From: Octopus bimaculoides
Lineage: Eukaryota
Assembly (NCBI RefSeq): GCF_001194135.2
Contig: NC_068984.1
Coordinates: forward strand, 16,275,352-16,315,964
DNA length: 40,613 nt
Direction: 5' to 3'
The position numbers and the translations under genes were made by a program. The notes below the pieces were generated by a model. It had not been told where the DNA came from. It saw nothing but the letters and a program-made list of their open reading frames with translations, and did not search any database. Shown in pieces: positions 23,300 through 34,517 of this stretch; position 1 is the first letter of the stretch, and every line of letters begins with the position of its first letter.

Positions 23300-23700
23300 G
23301 ATTTTTATGTTTAACCACTTTGGTCTATCTCTTCAGACACGTGGTATAAACCAGTTTTAGTGTTTCTATATTTATAGCAGTAACTATTTTCTGAAGCGGT
23401 TCCTAGTATTTCCGGTTTAGTATCGGATTGTAAATCTTTATAAAATATTCTTTTGCCTTTCTATGAATTTCTTATTTACAGAAATGTCTAAATGTTCCGT
23501 GAATGGAACATTCTCAACAGACGGATCCTTTGTTGTTTATGTACTTCGATTCGATTCATTCATTTTGTTTCTGATTGACCAATATGCTTGCCAGTACATT
23601 AAAGACATGTAATGTAGTAAATTTGACTATTTCTTTGTTTTAGAAACTTATAGGTCGTTCGCAAAGAGACTTTGCGAGTAAGTTAGAGTTTTGTAGGCCA
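23300..23700 (-). mobile_element. Second Penelope-like remnant: GIY-YIG domain plus downstream hammerhead vestige
   Basis: Minus strand ~23540-23640 reads NSQIYYITCL*CTGKHIGQSETK*MNRIEVHKQQ. At 23336-23306 it reads CTGAAGA-gatag-ACC-aaagt-GGT-TAAAC-ATA. Confidence 0.7.
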
Positions 23701-25417
23701 ATTCGTTTAATTTCTTCAAACATTTTTGAGTCATGTGGTCGGAGAAAAGAATTTTTCTTTTGAGGATGTCCTGTAATTTACGTAAATGTTGCAGTTCTTG
23801 ATGCATTTTGTCCATTTTTTGCAGTACTAATCTACTCTGATGATTTTGTCAAGAATCAAGAAATGATACTTGATTCAACTTGCTGATAGCCAAACAGTCA
23901 TCACAATCTTCTTTTGATGCATTTTTGATTTGGAAAAGAGTTTCAGTGCTTCGCCTGAAGCACTGAACATGCTGGTTGTCCTATAGATTCCATTTTTTTC
24001 CACATGATGCAATACCATCAAGAAATGGTTAATTTTTTTCCTACAAAAAAGGGCACAACAAATACAACGATGATGTTTTTGATTTTCGTTCAGTTTTATT
24101 GGTAGACACACTCATAAGATATTTTTTACTTTTCAATTGATGATACAGATGTAAAACAACTGTTTAATGTTTAAATATTAGATTGCAATCTATGGAGTTG
24201 TTCTGTCGTTGTCAATATAAAAGGTTATCAGACCTTCCTCATCTTCAAAGTCTTCAAGGACTCCACCACAAACTTTTGGGAACCAAGGCTTGAGCTGCTA
24301 GTTGAAAATTTCTTAACCAGCTGTTTAGTTGGTGTGACGAGCAGTCTCCGCTGATTTGCGTCCCATTTTGAACTACAATAAAATCGTTCGAAAAGAAATT
24401 CAGTGGATCATTGAATGTCCTATGTGATTTTAGATTTTTAAAAGGATTGTTTTGGCTGAAAAATAACTGAATCAAACTTAACCAGCCTCAGAGACAGAAA
24501 AATATTGCTGGTGTTATAATAGCTTGAAGCAACTCTTAGCAACTGCGGAAATGCAGAAATATTTAATATCTTTTCAAAATACACTGAAAGCTAGAGGAAG
24601 CTATCAAAGAAGTCATCCAAAATACACGATTCTCATTCAAGGAAACAAAGTTTCCACGGAGGAAAAAAAAGCTTTCTTGGCGATAGCAATGGTGAATTAG
24701 CAACGGATGTGCCACTAGATCAAAGACTGCCACCGCACATCTATTATTTCAATTGGGAGGCATCTATTGTGGAAAAAAAATAACGAATTAATGGTAACAA
24801 CCAACACATATTTTGTGTATTTAGCATATATCAGTCATACATTATCCCTCAGTCCTGATGTATCAGATGACTCATTTGGACACTATCAACTTGTTAAATC
24901 ATGTTATGATGGGGACCTGGATCAACTAAAGAGAGGCAAAGTAATCAGCACACAATTTGTTACGGAAACACACTCATGAAGTTACGACTATTTACGAGAA
25001 GAGTCTTTATGATGTACAGTAAGTTTTTATCAACTCTACTGATGTTTTGGCAACCATGGCCGTATATTGTGTTCTGCAGAACGCTTCTTCAGCGGCTTCA
25101 GACGAATAAAAGTATATCTGAATAATACAAAGGATCAAACTTGACTAAAGATTGTGGTCATAATAAATAGCGAACAAAAGAATACCTACATGTATATAAA
25201 CAAAAATGCTGAGCAAACAATATTGTTGCTAAAAAAAGACGGTAAACAGTATTTCTTTTAAGATACATATATATATATATATTGTGTTATGTATCATTGA
25301 TTGAAAAAGAAAAGAAAAGACGTTTTATTACAAACTGGCATCCGTGTTTCTATCTGTGTAAAATTTTAAGTGAATCAGCCCATCTGTTACCCTTAGCTAG
25401 AAATCAATACACTCTGC

Positions 25418-25503
25418 ACATAGGTACACGCCTTGGTACACGCCTCGGACATAGGTACACGCCTCGGACATAGGTACACGCCTTGGTACACGCCTTGGTA
25501 CAC
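25418..25503. repeat. Two-unit minisatellite (GGTACACGCCTT and GGTACACGCCTCGGACATA)
   Basis: Direct reading. Confidence 0.92.
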
Positions 25504-25584
25504 ACTGTCTGTGTGTGTGTGTGTGTGCGTCTCTCACTTTATATATNNNNNNNNNNNNNNNNNNNNNNNNNNNNNNNNNNNNNN

Positions 25585-25619
<35 letters not shown>

Positions 25620-25709
25620 CATATATATAATATATATGTATGCATATAGATGTGTGTATGTGCATGTGCGTATGTGCATGTGTGTGTGCGCGTATCTCTA
25701 TCCATGCAT

Positions 25710-25757
<48 letters not shown>

Positions 25758-26167
25758 GCCTAATTATGTATTTGTATATACATACATACGCACACATGTA
25801 TAGTATCGATATTCTCAATTTCCAATAATTTATTTATTCCGTTATTGTTCATTAAACAACAACGTTAAGTTGTATTCTAGACACGTTTTATTATTGCAAG
25901 TATCGTTGTCTTGGGATTCTTATGTCGGTCTCCGATCGATCATAGCTAATATGCTGTTGTTTCCTTTATTCACTGTTATGTTTGGAATAAAGTAAAATTC
26001 GCCGCATCATAGTTAGAAATGGATTCCAGTGGGCGGTGGCTGTAATATCAATACTTTTGGCAAACAGCATTACAAAGCAATAAGTGAGTGGGATCCAACG
26101 AGTGGGTATTTACATGGTCGTTCGATTTGCTAGAAATAGTGACCAAAATCTTCTTTAAATCACATAC

Positions 26168-26443
26168 TGGCACTTCGTCGGTTACGATGATGAGAGGTCC
26201 AGTTTGCTCGTGAAATTAACGCGCAAGTGATGGAGCACTCCGCAGACAAGCGTACCGTTAACGTTGTTATTAGGGAGATTCCGCGTGACACAGAATGGGA
26301 CATGGCTGGCTCATTGAAAAGAGGTGCCAGCTGAGTGGACTGGCGCAACCTGTAATAAAACGTCTTGCGTTACCAAGAATCGAACTCACGACCTTACGAT
26401 TCGTGAGCCGAATACGTCGAAGCACTATGCCATGCATCTTCAC
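26168..26443 (-). mobile_element. Diverged tRNA-SINE with the head of the 28659-28979 family and the tail of the 2506-2891 family
   Basis: Head gtgaagatgcatggcatagtg...gtgagttcgattc, body ccagtccactcagctgg, tail gtgtcacgcggaatctccc...ttgcgcgttaatttcacgagca. Confidence 0.78.
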
Positions 26444-26714
26444 CCTAAATTACACGTTATTCAAATGATAAAAAACTCACTTGAAGAAGTAGATTCACAT
26501 GTGTCTTACAGCAGAAGGGCAAGCTGAAAAGGTGTTGATCATAATTCTTTTCCGAACTAAATGGTCAGTTAATTCCCAACATAGGATTGAAACTAGTCTG
26601 GCTGATATTCTTTCTCTGTTCAGAAATGTAATCAATATATGAAAACAAGCTGTTAACATCTGTCTATGGAGATCGTGTTAGCTAAAATTTTATGGACATA
26701 TTTTGCAGTATACC

Positions 26715-26717
26715 ATA

Positions 26718-26779
<62 letters not shown>

Positions 26780-26808
26780 TCGTGCACACACACACAAACA
26801 CGCACGTA

Positions 26809-26848
<40 letters not shown>
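26715..26848. repeat. (CT)n-(CA)n-(CACG)n compound microsatellite
   Basis: Direct reading. Confidence 0.96.
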
Positions 26849-27208
26849 TACATTTATCCTCGTTTATCACCGATTCTTTCACCGCTGGATAACACGCTAC
26901 GCTCATTGTCAACCGCGTTTCACTTATCACGAACTGATCTGTGATAATATGAGTTGGTGATCAGCCGCAGATTCTGCTTGAACTGCAAAAGCACTCTCCA
27001 GAGACCATCCATAATTCTCAGGGCAACTTTGGGTCTTTGAACGAAACCGATTTTTTTTATTATTCACTTATCACTAATTCGTTTAACACGAAGCCTCTTT
27101 TTTTTTAACCAAACACTCGCGATAAACTAGGGTATGAATACGTTATTTTATCATAGAGGATGTAAAACTACGCTGTTTCTCATTCATTCCTCTCCTTTCA
27201 AATTTTTC

Positions 27209-27236
27209 CTGAAGAAAGACGCTGTCCGAAACGTTC
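27209..27236 (+). ncRNA. Hammerhead-like vestige (solo Penelope-type end)
   Basis: CTGAAGA-A-aGAC-gct-GTCc-GAAAC-GTT: core intact, stem II partly intact, stem I not recoverable. Confidence 0.45.
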
Positions 27237-27384
27237 GATCTTTCCATTCACTGTAATATTTTTATCGATTTTATTACATAATATCAGTCTTACTGATGCA
27301 GACCTTCTTCAATTTTTTTGGAGTCTGTTTGATTATATGCGTATGTCTGCACGTGCATGCTTATACACTCACGCACTTATATAT

Positions 27385-27665
27385 ACAACGTGCAGTGTGA
27401 CCAAATGATTAAGAAACTCGATTTGTAATAATAAGTTTCCAGTTTTGATTTCGATCCGTCATGTCACGGGCGAGTGTCATTTTTAAATTATACTGTTTGA
27501 GTGAAATTGGATATCCAGGAACATTATGGAAGCCCGTTAAATGAATTGTCTCTGAAATTCAATGGCCCGAACTTGTTTTACATTGATTCCGCCTGAGAAT
27601 TACATTAATTGTATATGTGTTTAGGGAATATTCAACCATTTAGATGTTACTTGAATGTTGTTGGT
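27385..27665 (+). mobile_element. Old SINE with a CORE-like head and the shared 3' module
   Basis: cctgagaattacattaattgtatatgtgtttagggaatattcaaccatttagatgtta aligns to ccccgagaactacgttaagggtacacgtgtctgtggagtgctcagccacttgcacgtta. Confidence 0.5.
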
Positions 27666-27679
27666 AGTTCATGCATTCA

Positions 27680-27834
27680 CGCGCACACGCACACACACAT
27701 ACTCTAATATATACATGCATATATTCATATAACATGCATATAACACTCACATACGTATATACACGCACACTCACACACATATAAATACACATACACACAC
27801 ATACACATATATACAAATATACACTATTGTTTTA

Positions 27835-27886
<52 letters not shown>
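27680..27886. repeat. (CA)/(TA)n low-complexity tract
   Basis: Direct reading. Confidence 0.9.
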
Positions 27887-27890
<4 letters not shown>

Positions 27891-28099
27891 TTTATTGATA
27901 AAAAATTTAGAGTTTAGTAAGTAGTTTTTGGCTGCTATTTCTAATTTTCGGTATGTGGTGAAGCAATACTTGCTAAACCCTAAATTTTTAATTATGTTTA
28001 TATTTACCGATAATGGTTTTTTAACACACCGAACTACTTGGTAAAATTACTAATTATTAATTAATTGATAATTTTTTCCCTATATCTATATATGCACAT

Positions 28100-28136
28100 T
28101 TATGTATACTCATGTGTGCGTATGTATGTATATGTT

Positions 28137-28182
<46 letters not shown>

Positions 28183-28205
28183 TGTGTGTGTGTATGTGTG
28201 TGTGT
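28100..28205. repeat. (TG)n microsatellite
   Basis: Direct reading. Confidence 0.95.
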
Positions 28206-28658
28206 AAAGCAAGGTATCACTAAATATAGCCAAGCATTGATTGGTGAAAACATCCAATGTTGTTGCTCAAATTGATAAACATGGACACCACGAAGTAATT
28301 TCAAATATTCTCTTTTTCTTCTTCAGTACATATTAAGGACATTGATTCTAGTCAGACTATTTGGCTGTAATGACGTCTTGTTAAACAAGTCAGCGATTTG
28401 ACTTTCTTTCCACCGCCTATATGTTATGCAACAATTACCTAGAGAAGGCTATGAACGTCACTCAGCTTCATGTTCCCTCACTGTACTTATTGTAATCTTA
28501 TTAGTTTTCTTCATTTGAATGTGGCCATCCTGGGGCACTCCCTTCAGCTGTTCTTTTCGAGCGTATCATGTTCATTTTAACGAATCTCTGCTGAACGGTT
28601 AAGTTACATTTCGATGCACCGTTTCACACTTGTAAAAAAGACAGATACATATATATGT

Positions 28659-28979
28659 ATATGAGTGACCATGGGATTGCGCCTAGAAAGTTACCCTCCC
28701 AGGCACAAGTCCGGGCAAGGTTGTTTATGGAAGACCAGCAGTCGCCCATGCATACCGGCCTCCCCTCTCTACGCCACCAGTGTTATCCAAGGGAAAGCAA
28801 AGGCCGATACAGCTTGGCACCAGTGACGTCGCAACTCATTTCTACAGCTGAGTGAACTGGAGCAACGTGAAATAAAGTATCTTGTTCAAGAACACAACAC
28901 GCAGCCCTGTCCGGGATTCGAACTCACAATCCCACGATCGTAAGATCGACGCTCTAGCCACTGAGCCATGCGCCTTCAC
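28659..28979 (-). mobile_element. Full-length tRNA-derived SINE with a CORE-like central segment
   Basis: Minus strand GTGAAGGCGCATGGCTCAGTGGCTAGAGC (A box) ... GAGTTCGAATCCC (B box) ... gtgttcttgaacaagatactttatttcacgttgctccagttcactcagctgtagaaatgag. Confidence 0.88.
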
Positions 28980-29813
28980 ACGTATATGCACACATACACA
29001 AAAACATACATGCAAACACACACACAATGGACTCCCGAATTCACAAATACTTCTCGCAAGAAGTATTTGACTATGAAGTGAACTTCTTAAGTGTCTGCAT
29101 AACTTTGAAGTTATTATAAATCAATTGGATGAGTGTTATGAAGCCAATGTCATTCGCACCATTACTGAACTCGGGAATGCATTACGATTTCAGCATAACT
29201 GATTTCTTTTTACAACATACTACGGGATATTGTTCTGCTATCGTTTCAATCAATTTCGTTTTTCTTCCAAAATGTGTATCAATCCCATTTGTCTATCTGT
29301 TTGTTCTATGACTGATGATGCTTAAACTTTATTAAGAAGAGTCATTGCAAACATCTATCAACTCAATTTTTAAATAAGATATCAATGTCGGTACATAACG
29401 AAATATCTTTTGTAAAATATAACCACACAAATAACTATGAACCAAAAGAGAAAAAGAGCCACGTTATATAGAGTTCATCCATTGACTGACTCACGGGATA
29501 TAGACTTAATGTATATATTCAGTATACATCGCTTGGTTTAATACCACCTCTTGACCCTCGGGTGCCTTTATCTGGGTCCACTCTGTTGGAAGTATTCCAA
29601 TCAGTTTTCCGACATGACATCTTGCTGCTTTGCCTTCTACTAAAACAAGCAATGCATTCTTCGTCTTTCCTTTTCATAATTAGTCTCAAAATCCCTACAA
29701 AGGAGAGCATCGCTGCTCTTTCTCTTCTTCTGAACCATTATATATTTTTTTTCAATATAAAAAGCAAAATTGCTTACAGAAAATAGAACCATGGTAGTTA
29801 CTTTCGTTATTTA

Positions 29814-29886
29814 CCCATTACATCATTAGATCTCGTTCCCATTACATCTCGTTCCCATTACATCTCGTTCCCATTCCATCATTAGA
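29814..29886. repeat. 16-mer tandem repeat x3 (ATCTCGTTCCCATTAC) bracketed by CATCATTAGA direct repeats
   Basis: Direct reading. Confidence 0.92.
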
Positions 29887-30729
29887 AGAAAAATTTTAAT
29901 TCAGTATTAAAGAAAAAGTCAATAAATAAAAGCAAAAGAGCACTTCTTCTGTATGTGTGCTTATTATTTAAAAGTATTTTACATTACAAACGGTTGTGGC
30001 CACCAATAAACATGATATATATGAAGGTTTTCGTTTTAGCCTGTAATTTACCTGCCGATATAAATGTTGATTGGTTGATTGGTTGGTTGATTCTTCAGCC
30101 ACGTTAAACATCTTATAGAGAAAGGGGGAGAATACTCGAGAATTACAGAGAAAGTTGAAAAAAAGAGGAAGAAGACGAGGTGGAAGAGAGGGCGTAAATG
30201 AAAGAGTACTATGGGAGGAGTTATACAAAAGGGAAGTTTGTTTTATTTTATTTTAAGGTAATATTTTTCTTTTGAAAACTAGTGCTTATTTTATTTTGCG
30301 TAAGCACCAAGAGATTTGATGAACTTGTATGTATGCCTCATTTCCTGATATTGCCAATAGTGGCACAGTATATTTTGAGGGAAGGTGCTTGAGTTTTCAT
30401 CCCTACCTTGCTCATAAACCTGAGCAAACAGTAGAGCAGAGAAGCAATAATGATATATTCTCAAATTGCATAATTGCGAACAACAAATATGAAAAAAACA
30501 TCTGAATATTTAATTAGCATTTCATGTTATAGATGAAATAAACATCGGAGATGCTTTGCTCCAAACAGAATCTGTAGAAGCCAATCAGAGGTATTGCAAG
30601 CGCTTTTGAGTCTATCGCAACGTCGGAAACTTTTCTTTACCATCAGAAGATATAATCACAAGTGTTTCGCCTCAGCCTATTCGTTTTGCCTGAGTGGGGC
30701 AACAAGAACTGAATTAGTTTGTCTGCGGA

Positions 30730-31160
30730 AGGGTTCCACCAGTGGGCTTTATCAACCACAACCAACTTGAGCTGGTTTCAGCCGTCATGCCTATCTCCTA
30801 GGCGGCTTTCTTTAGTTGTTTGGGCTCCAGATCAATGTTCTGCATGAAATAGCGCACCAACCTAGCTGAAAAGCTGCAGCAACGGACTTCAACAGAGACT
30901 GATGCCATGTGCCATCCCTTGGCAAGAGGCTTGTCAGACAAGTCGTGATATTTGAATTTCTTTACTTGGTGAGAAACGTCGAGAACACTGTAAGTTCAGT
31001 TACGATGATATATTTACATGATTTGTCTGATAAAGTGATCAGTGCAGAGATTTCAAAGCCAAACATCGACATATTTCTAAGTAACCAGTGTTTAATAGAG
31101 CGGAGAAGACAACCTAAAATGCGATTAAAAAGCCGGATATTGCAACAGTTCAACTGTGAT
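30730..31160 (-). mobile_element. HERO/NeSL-like non-LTR retrotransposon 3' remnant (RLE domain)
   Basis: Minus strand SDKSCKYIIVTELTV then KYHDLSDKPLAKGWHMASVSVEVRCCSFSARLVRYFMQNIDLEPKQLKKAA*EIGMTAETSSSWLWL, matching the ELTVPWE..KY.DL...GW....VEVGCRGF...AE..S.WLW signature. Confidence 0.8.
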
Positions 31161-32362
31161 GCCTCAAGCCAGTACTTATTTTATCTAAACGTTAATGTTT
31201 TATCCTCTAATACAAGAAGAGACAGCCATTGTGCATATTCTGTTGGGACACTGAAATCAGAAGAGTAGTTAAGGATAAGTATCGACAATGGAGTAGTTAA
31301 TATAAAATGTAAAGTATTGGATAGTGTTGTATTGTGGGAAAGAAATGGGAGAAAGTGGGAGAATAAATGTTTGACGATTGACTTAAAGTTTCAACGTCAA
31401 ACAATGGAAGTAATTTCCTGTGAATACTGGAGGGGGAGACATTATAGCTGCTAACATTTATGGTCAATGTTTTATCATCTTTGCATAGTTGTTATTCTTG
31501 TTTAGCTCAAAATCAGCTCCGACAGCACAAATGTATGATCAAAAATGTTCCAGCCATGACCATCTTGTACATTTGCTTTAGACAATGTGCATCCAGGTCC
31601 AGTGAGACTTGACTGCTATGTCTAACAGTCGAACTACCATGTAGAGGCTCATTTTTTTGTGGGTATAGTTAAAATTTGTATTGTAGTGGAATTTCCCTAA
31701 TTTACTTCTTTCCAAACCAGCAAGAATCGCTCACAACTTAGAGATTAGTGTTTTTGATAGAACAAGGAAAAAATGTGTTTCGTGTTAAGGAATAATACAG
31801 ATCGTTACACTTATTTCGTGTCTACATCAGATATTCACAAATGTTCTCTCAATCACGTGTATTCTTTGTGTTATTTCTCGAGTCAACAAGGGGAAATCAA
31901 TAATTGACAAACTAGCTGCTGACACTTGGTTTTGACGATTCCACAGTGACAGAGAGAGACAGAAATACTCATTATATCGCCAATTCACTTTATTGTCACT
32001 GGTTCAGTTAAATCTAATACGAAGTAAAATCGAGATGATGATCAAGAGATAATAAAAATCAAATCTCCTACAATCTCATGGACGTTTTTCCCATCATTTT
32101 GATATGATGAAATAAATTGAGAAAAGGAAAAAGAAAATGAACTCTTTTACAGTTTCATGGGTGTTTTTATTTTCCTAATGTTATATGTTTTTTATTTGCA
32201 TGTGGATTTTATATTCTATGTGGCTTGCACCGACTTCTGTTTCATCCGAAACTAATCAGAAAAGTGACATCCTGTTCCGAGAAGTGTTATAGGAATGATT
32301 ATCTTAATCGAAAGTTTAAAAAGACAACTATTCAATAAAGTACTCAAAGATATTAAAACGTA

Positions 32363-32573
32363 GAGTAAGGCAGAATCATTACCGCACCGGAAAAAGTGCT
32401 TACCGGCATTTCTTCCGGCTTTACATTCTGAGTTTAAATGCCACCGAAATCGACTTTGCCTTTTATTCCTTTCGGGGTCGATAAAATAAGTACCAGTTAG
32501 ACACTGGGGTCGACGAAACCAACTTACCCTAGCTTTTCCCGATATTGCTGACCTTGTGTGAAAATTCGAAACT
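32363..32573 (+). mobile_element. Meta-domain-like tRNA-SINE with a perfect 14-bp TSD
   Basis: Core cctttcggggtcgataaaataagtaccag. GATATTAAAACGTA occurs at 32349-32362 and 32574-32587. Confidence 0.9.
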
Positions 32574-33802
32574 GATATTAAAACGTAAAGTTTATTTAAA
32601 TGCAAGCCCTGCACTTATTTTTAAATGAATGTATCGTACTTTTTAATTTGTTTGAATTCGTCTTATAAGGAAGGAATTGGTTTCTAATAATGAAACAAAG
32701 CTCCATTGCTGAAATTTGGATAACGAATATCATAAGTGTTACATGTTGATCTGTAGAAACGTCTGATATATTTTTACCGTTCACTTATAGATTTCACTTC
32801 TATATGTTAACTGGTCGCTTTTTTTTTTACCTGAAAATCCTAGCTTTCTCAGATTGTCACTTGAACGTTTACTGACATAGCCGCTTGTCTCGATGATTAT
32901 GTGAATTCATGGTCAATAGACAAGCAGCAGCTTTCGGAGCAGGAACCCGTAGGTATTCTCTTTCTATCTGATTTTCAAAGAAATATCCACACCTTCGAGA
33001 CACTGACTCGGCATAATTTCTGTTTTTTCTGTTCGAAACTCAGTACTATGATTGCACTTGGCGGGAGTTTTGATGGAAATATTTGTAAGAACCGTGATAG
33101 TTTCTCATCAGTCATCTTGTCGGAGACAAAATAGACGATAAAAGGAAAATATATTTGTAGCGAAGAGATGAAATTAGAAAGAACGGTCGGTCATTAAAGT
33201 AAAATGAAAGCTGGCCCTGAACTACGGAAAGGAATGCGTATTCTAAGTCGGGGTTAGAATACGCCTATACCCATATATATATATATATATATANNNNNNN
33301 NNNNNNNNNNNNNNNNNNNNNNNNNNNNNNNNNNNNNNNNNNNNNNNNNNNNNNNNNNNNNNNNNNNNNNNNNNNNNNNNNNNNNNNNNNNNNNNNNNNN
33401 NNNNNNNNNNNNNNNNNNNNNNNNNNNNNNNNNNNNNNNNNNNNNNNNNNNNNNNNNNNNNNNNNNNNNNNNNNNNNNNNNNNNNNNNNNNNNNNNNNNN
33501 NNNNNNNNNNNNNNNNNNNNNNNNNNNNNNNNNNNNNNNNNNNNNNNNNNNNNNNNNNNNNNNNNNNNNNNNNNNNNNNNNNNNNNNNNNNNNNNNNNNN
33601 NNNNNNNNNNNNNNNNNNNNNNNNNNNNNNNNNNNNNNNNNNNNNNNNNNNNNNNNNNNNNNNNNNNNNNNNNNNNNNNNNNNNNNNNNNNNNNNNNNNN
33701 NNNNNNNNNNNNNNNNNNNNNNNNNNNNNNNNNNNNNNNNNNNNNNNNNNNNNNNNNNNNNNNNNNNNNNNNNNNNNNNNNNNNNNNNNNNNNNNNNNNN
33801 NN

Positions 33803-33869
<67 letters not shown>

Positions 33870-33960
33870 CACAACAGTATTTGAACCTAGGCTACTAAAA
33901 GTACTGGATCCAGTGAGAGATAAATATCATTTACTATAAATAGTACTTAAATAGGAGCTA

Positions 33961-34072
33961 CTAATAGTTTCATGCCGTGGAATCACAATGATCCAGAAGG
34001 ATTAGTTGGAGACACAAGGTACTTTATATAAATCTGCCGATTGATCGTGTTTCCACGGCATGGAACTATTAG
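33961..34072. repeat. 112-bp segment bounded by 26-bp inverted repeats (MITE-like)
   Basis: CTAATAGTTTCATGCCGTGGAATCAC versus the reverse complement of 34047-34072, CTAATAGTTCCATGCCGTGGAAACAC (2 mismatches). Confidence 0.75.
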
Positions 34073-34459
34073 AAACCCATTTCTAAATATTATATGTATT
34101 AAGTTATGTTTATCTCTTACTGCATGGAATACTTTCTTTTGTTGATCCTACCTATACTGGAACGGTAAACAAAATGTGTGTGTATGTGTGTATGTGTGTG
34201 TGTGTGTACGTGCGTGTGTGCGTGTGTGTATGTCTCTACATAGACTATGTTGTAAGCGTGTCGACGGCAAATCCTTTTCCCCACAGAAATTCTTCATCGT
34301 TTATTATTCCCAGACTCTGTTAGCTTCCAACATGTTTCGATTGGTAATAAATAACGATTGACAATCCCTTCAGGGTGGTAGCAGGAATCACAGGATTAAA
34401 GACAAAAATAAATCGAATAAAATTGGTGAGGAATGAAAAGATTCCTGGGCAAAAAACAA

Positions 34460-34477
34460 CAATAGAACAGAGAGAAT

Positions 34478-34517
<40 letters not shown>

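Noticed and set aside
24250-24780. Possible Tc1 or PLE RT relics (NTRFSFKETKF..AIAM)
   Set aside because: Similarity is not distinguishable from chance without an HMM search.
24825-25019. Candidate 195-bp exon (TTTAG acceptor to CA|GTAAGT donor) with an ankyrin-like LVKSCYDGDLDQLKR
   Set aside because: All three frames contain stops before the donor, and the peptide similarity is too short.
25030-25100. CTGAAGAAG hammerhead-like start on the minus strand
   Set aside because: No GAAA or stem arrangement at a suitable distance.
25418-25503. CRISPR-like array
   Set aside because: No unique spacers, eukaryotic context and no cas genes; it is a minisatellite.
29519-29786. ORFs on both strands as a possible exon or transposase
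   Set aside because: No recognisable motif or convincing splice signals.
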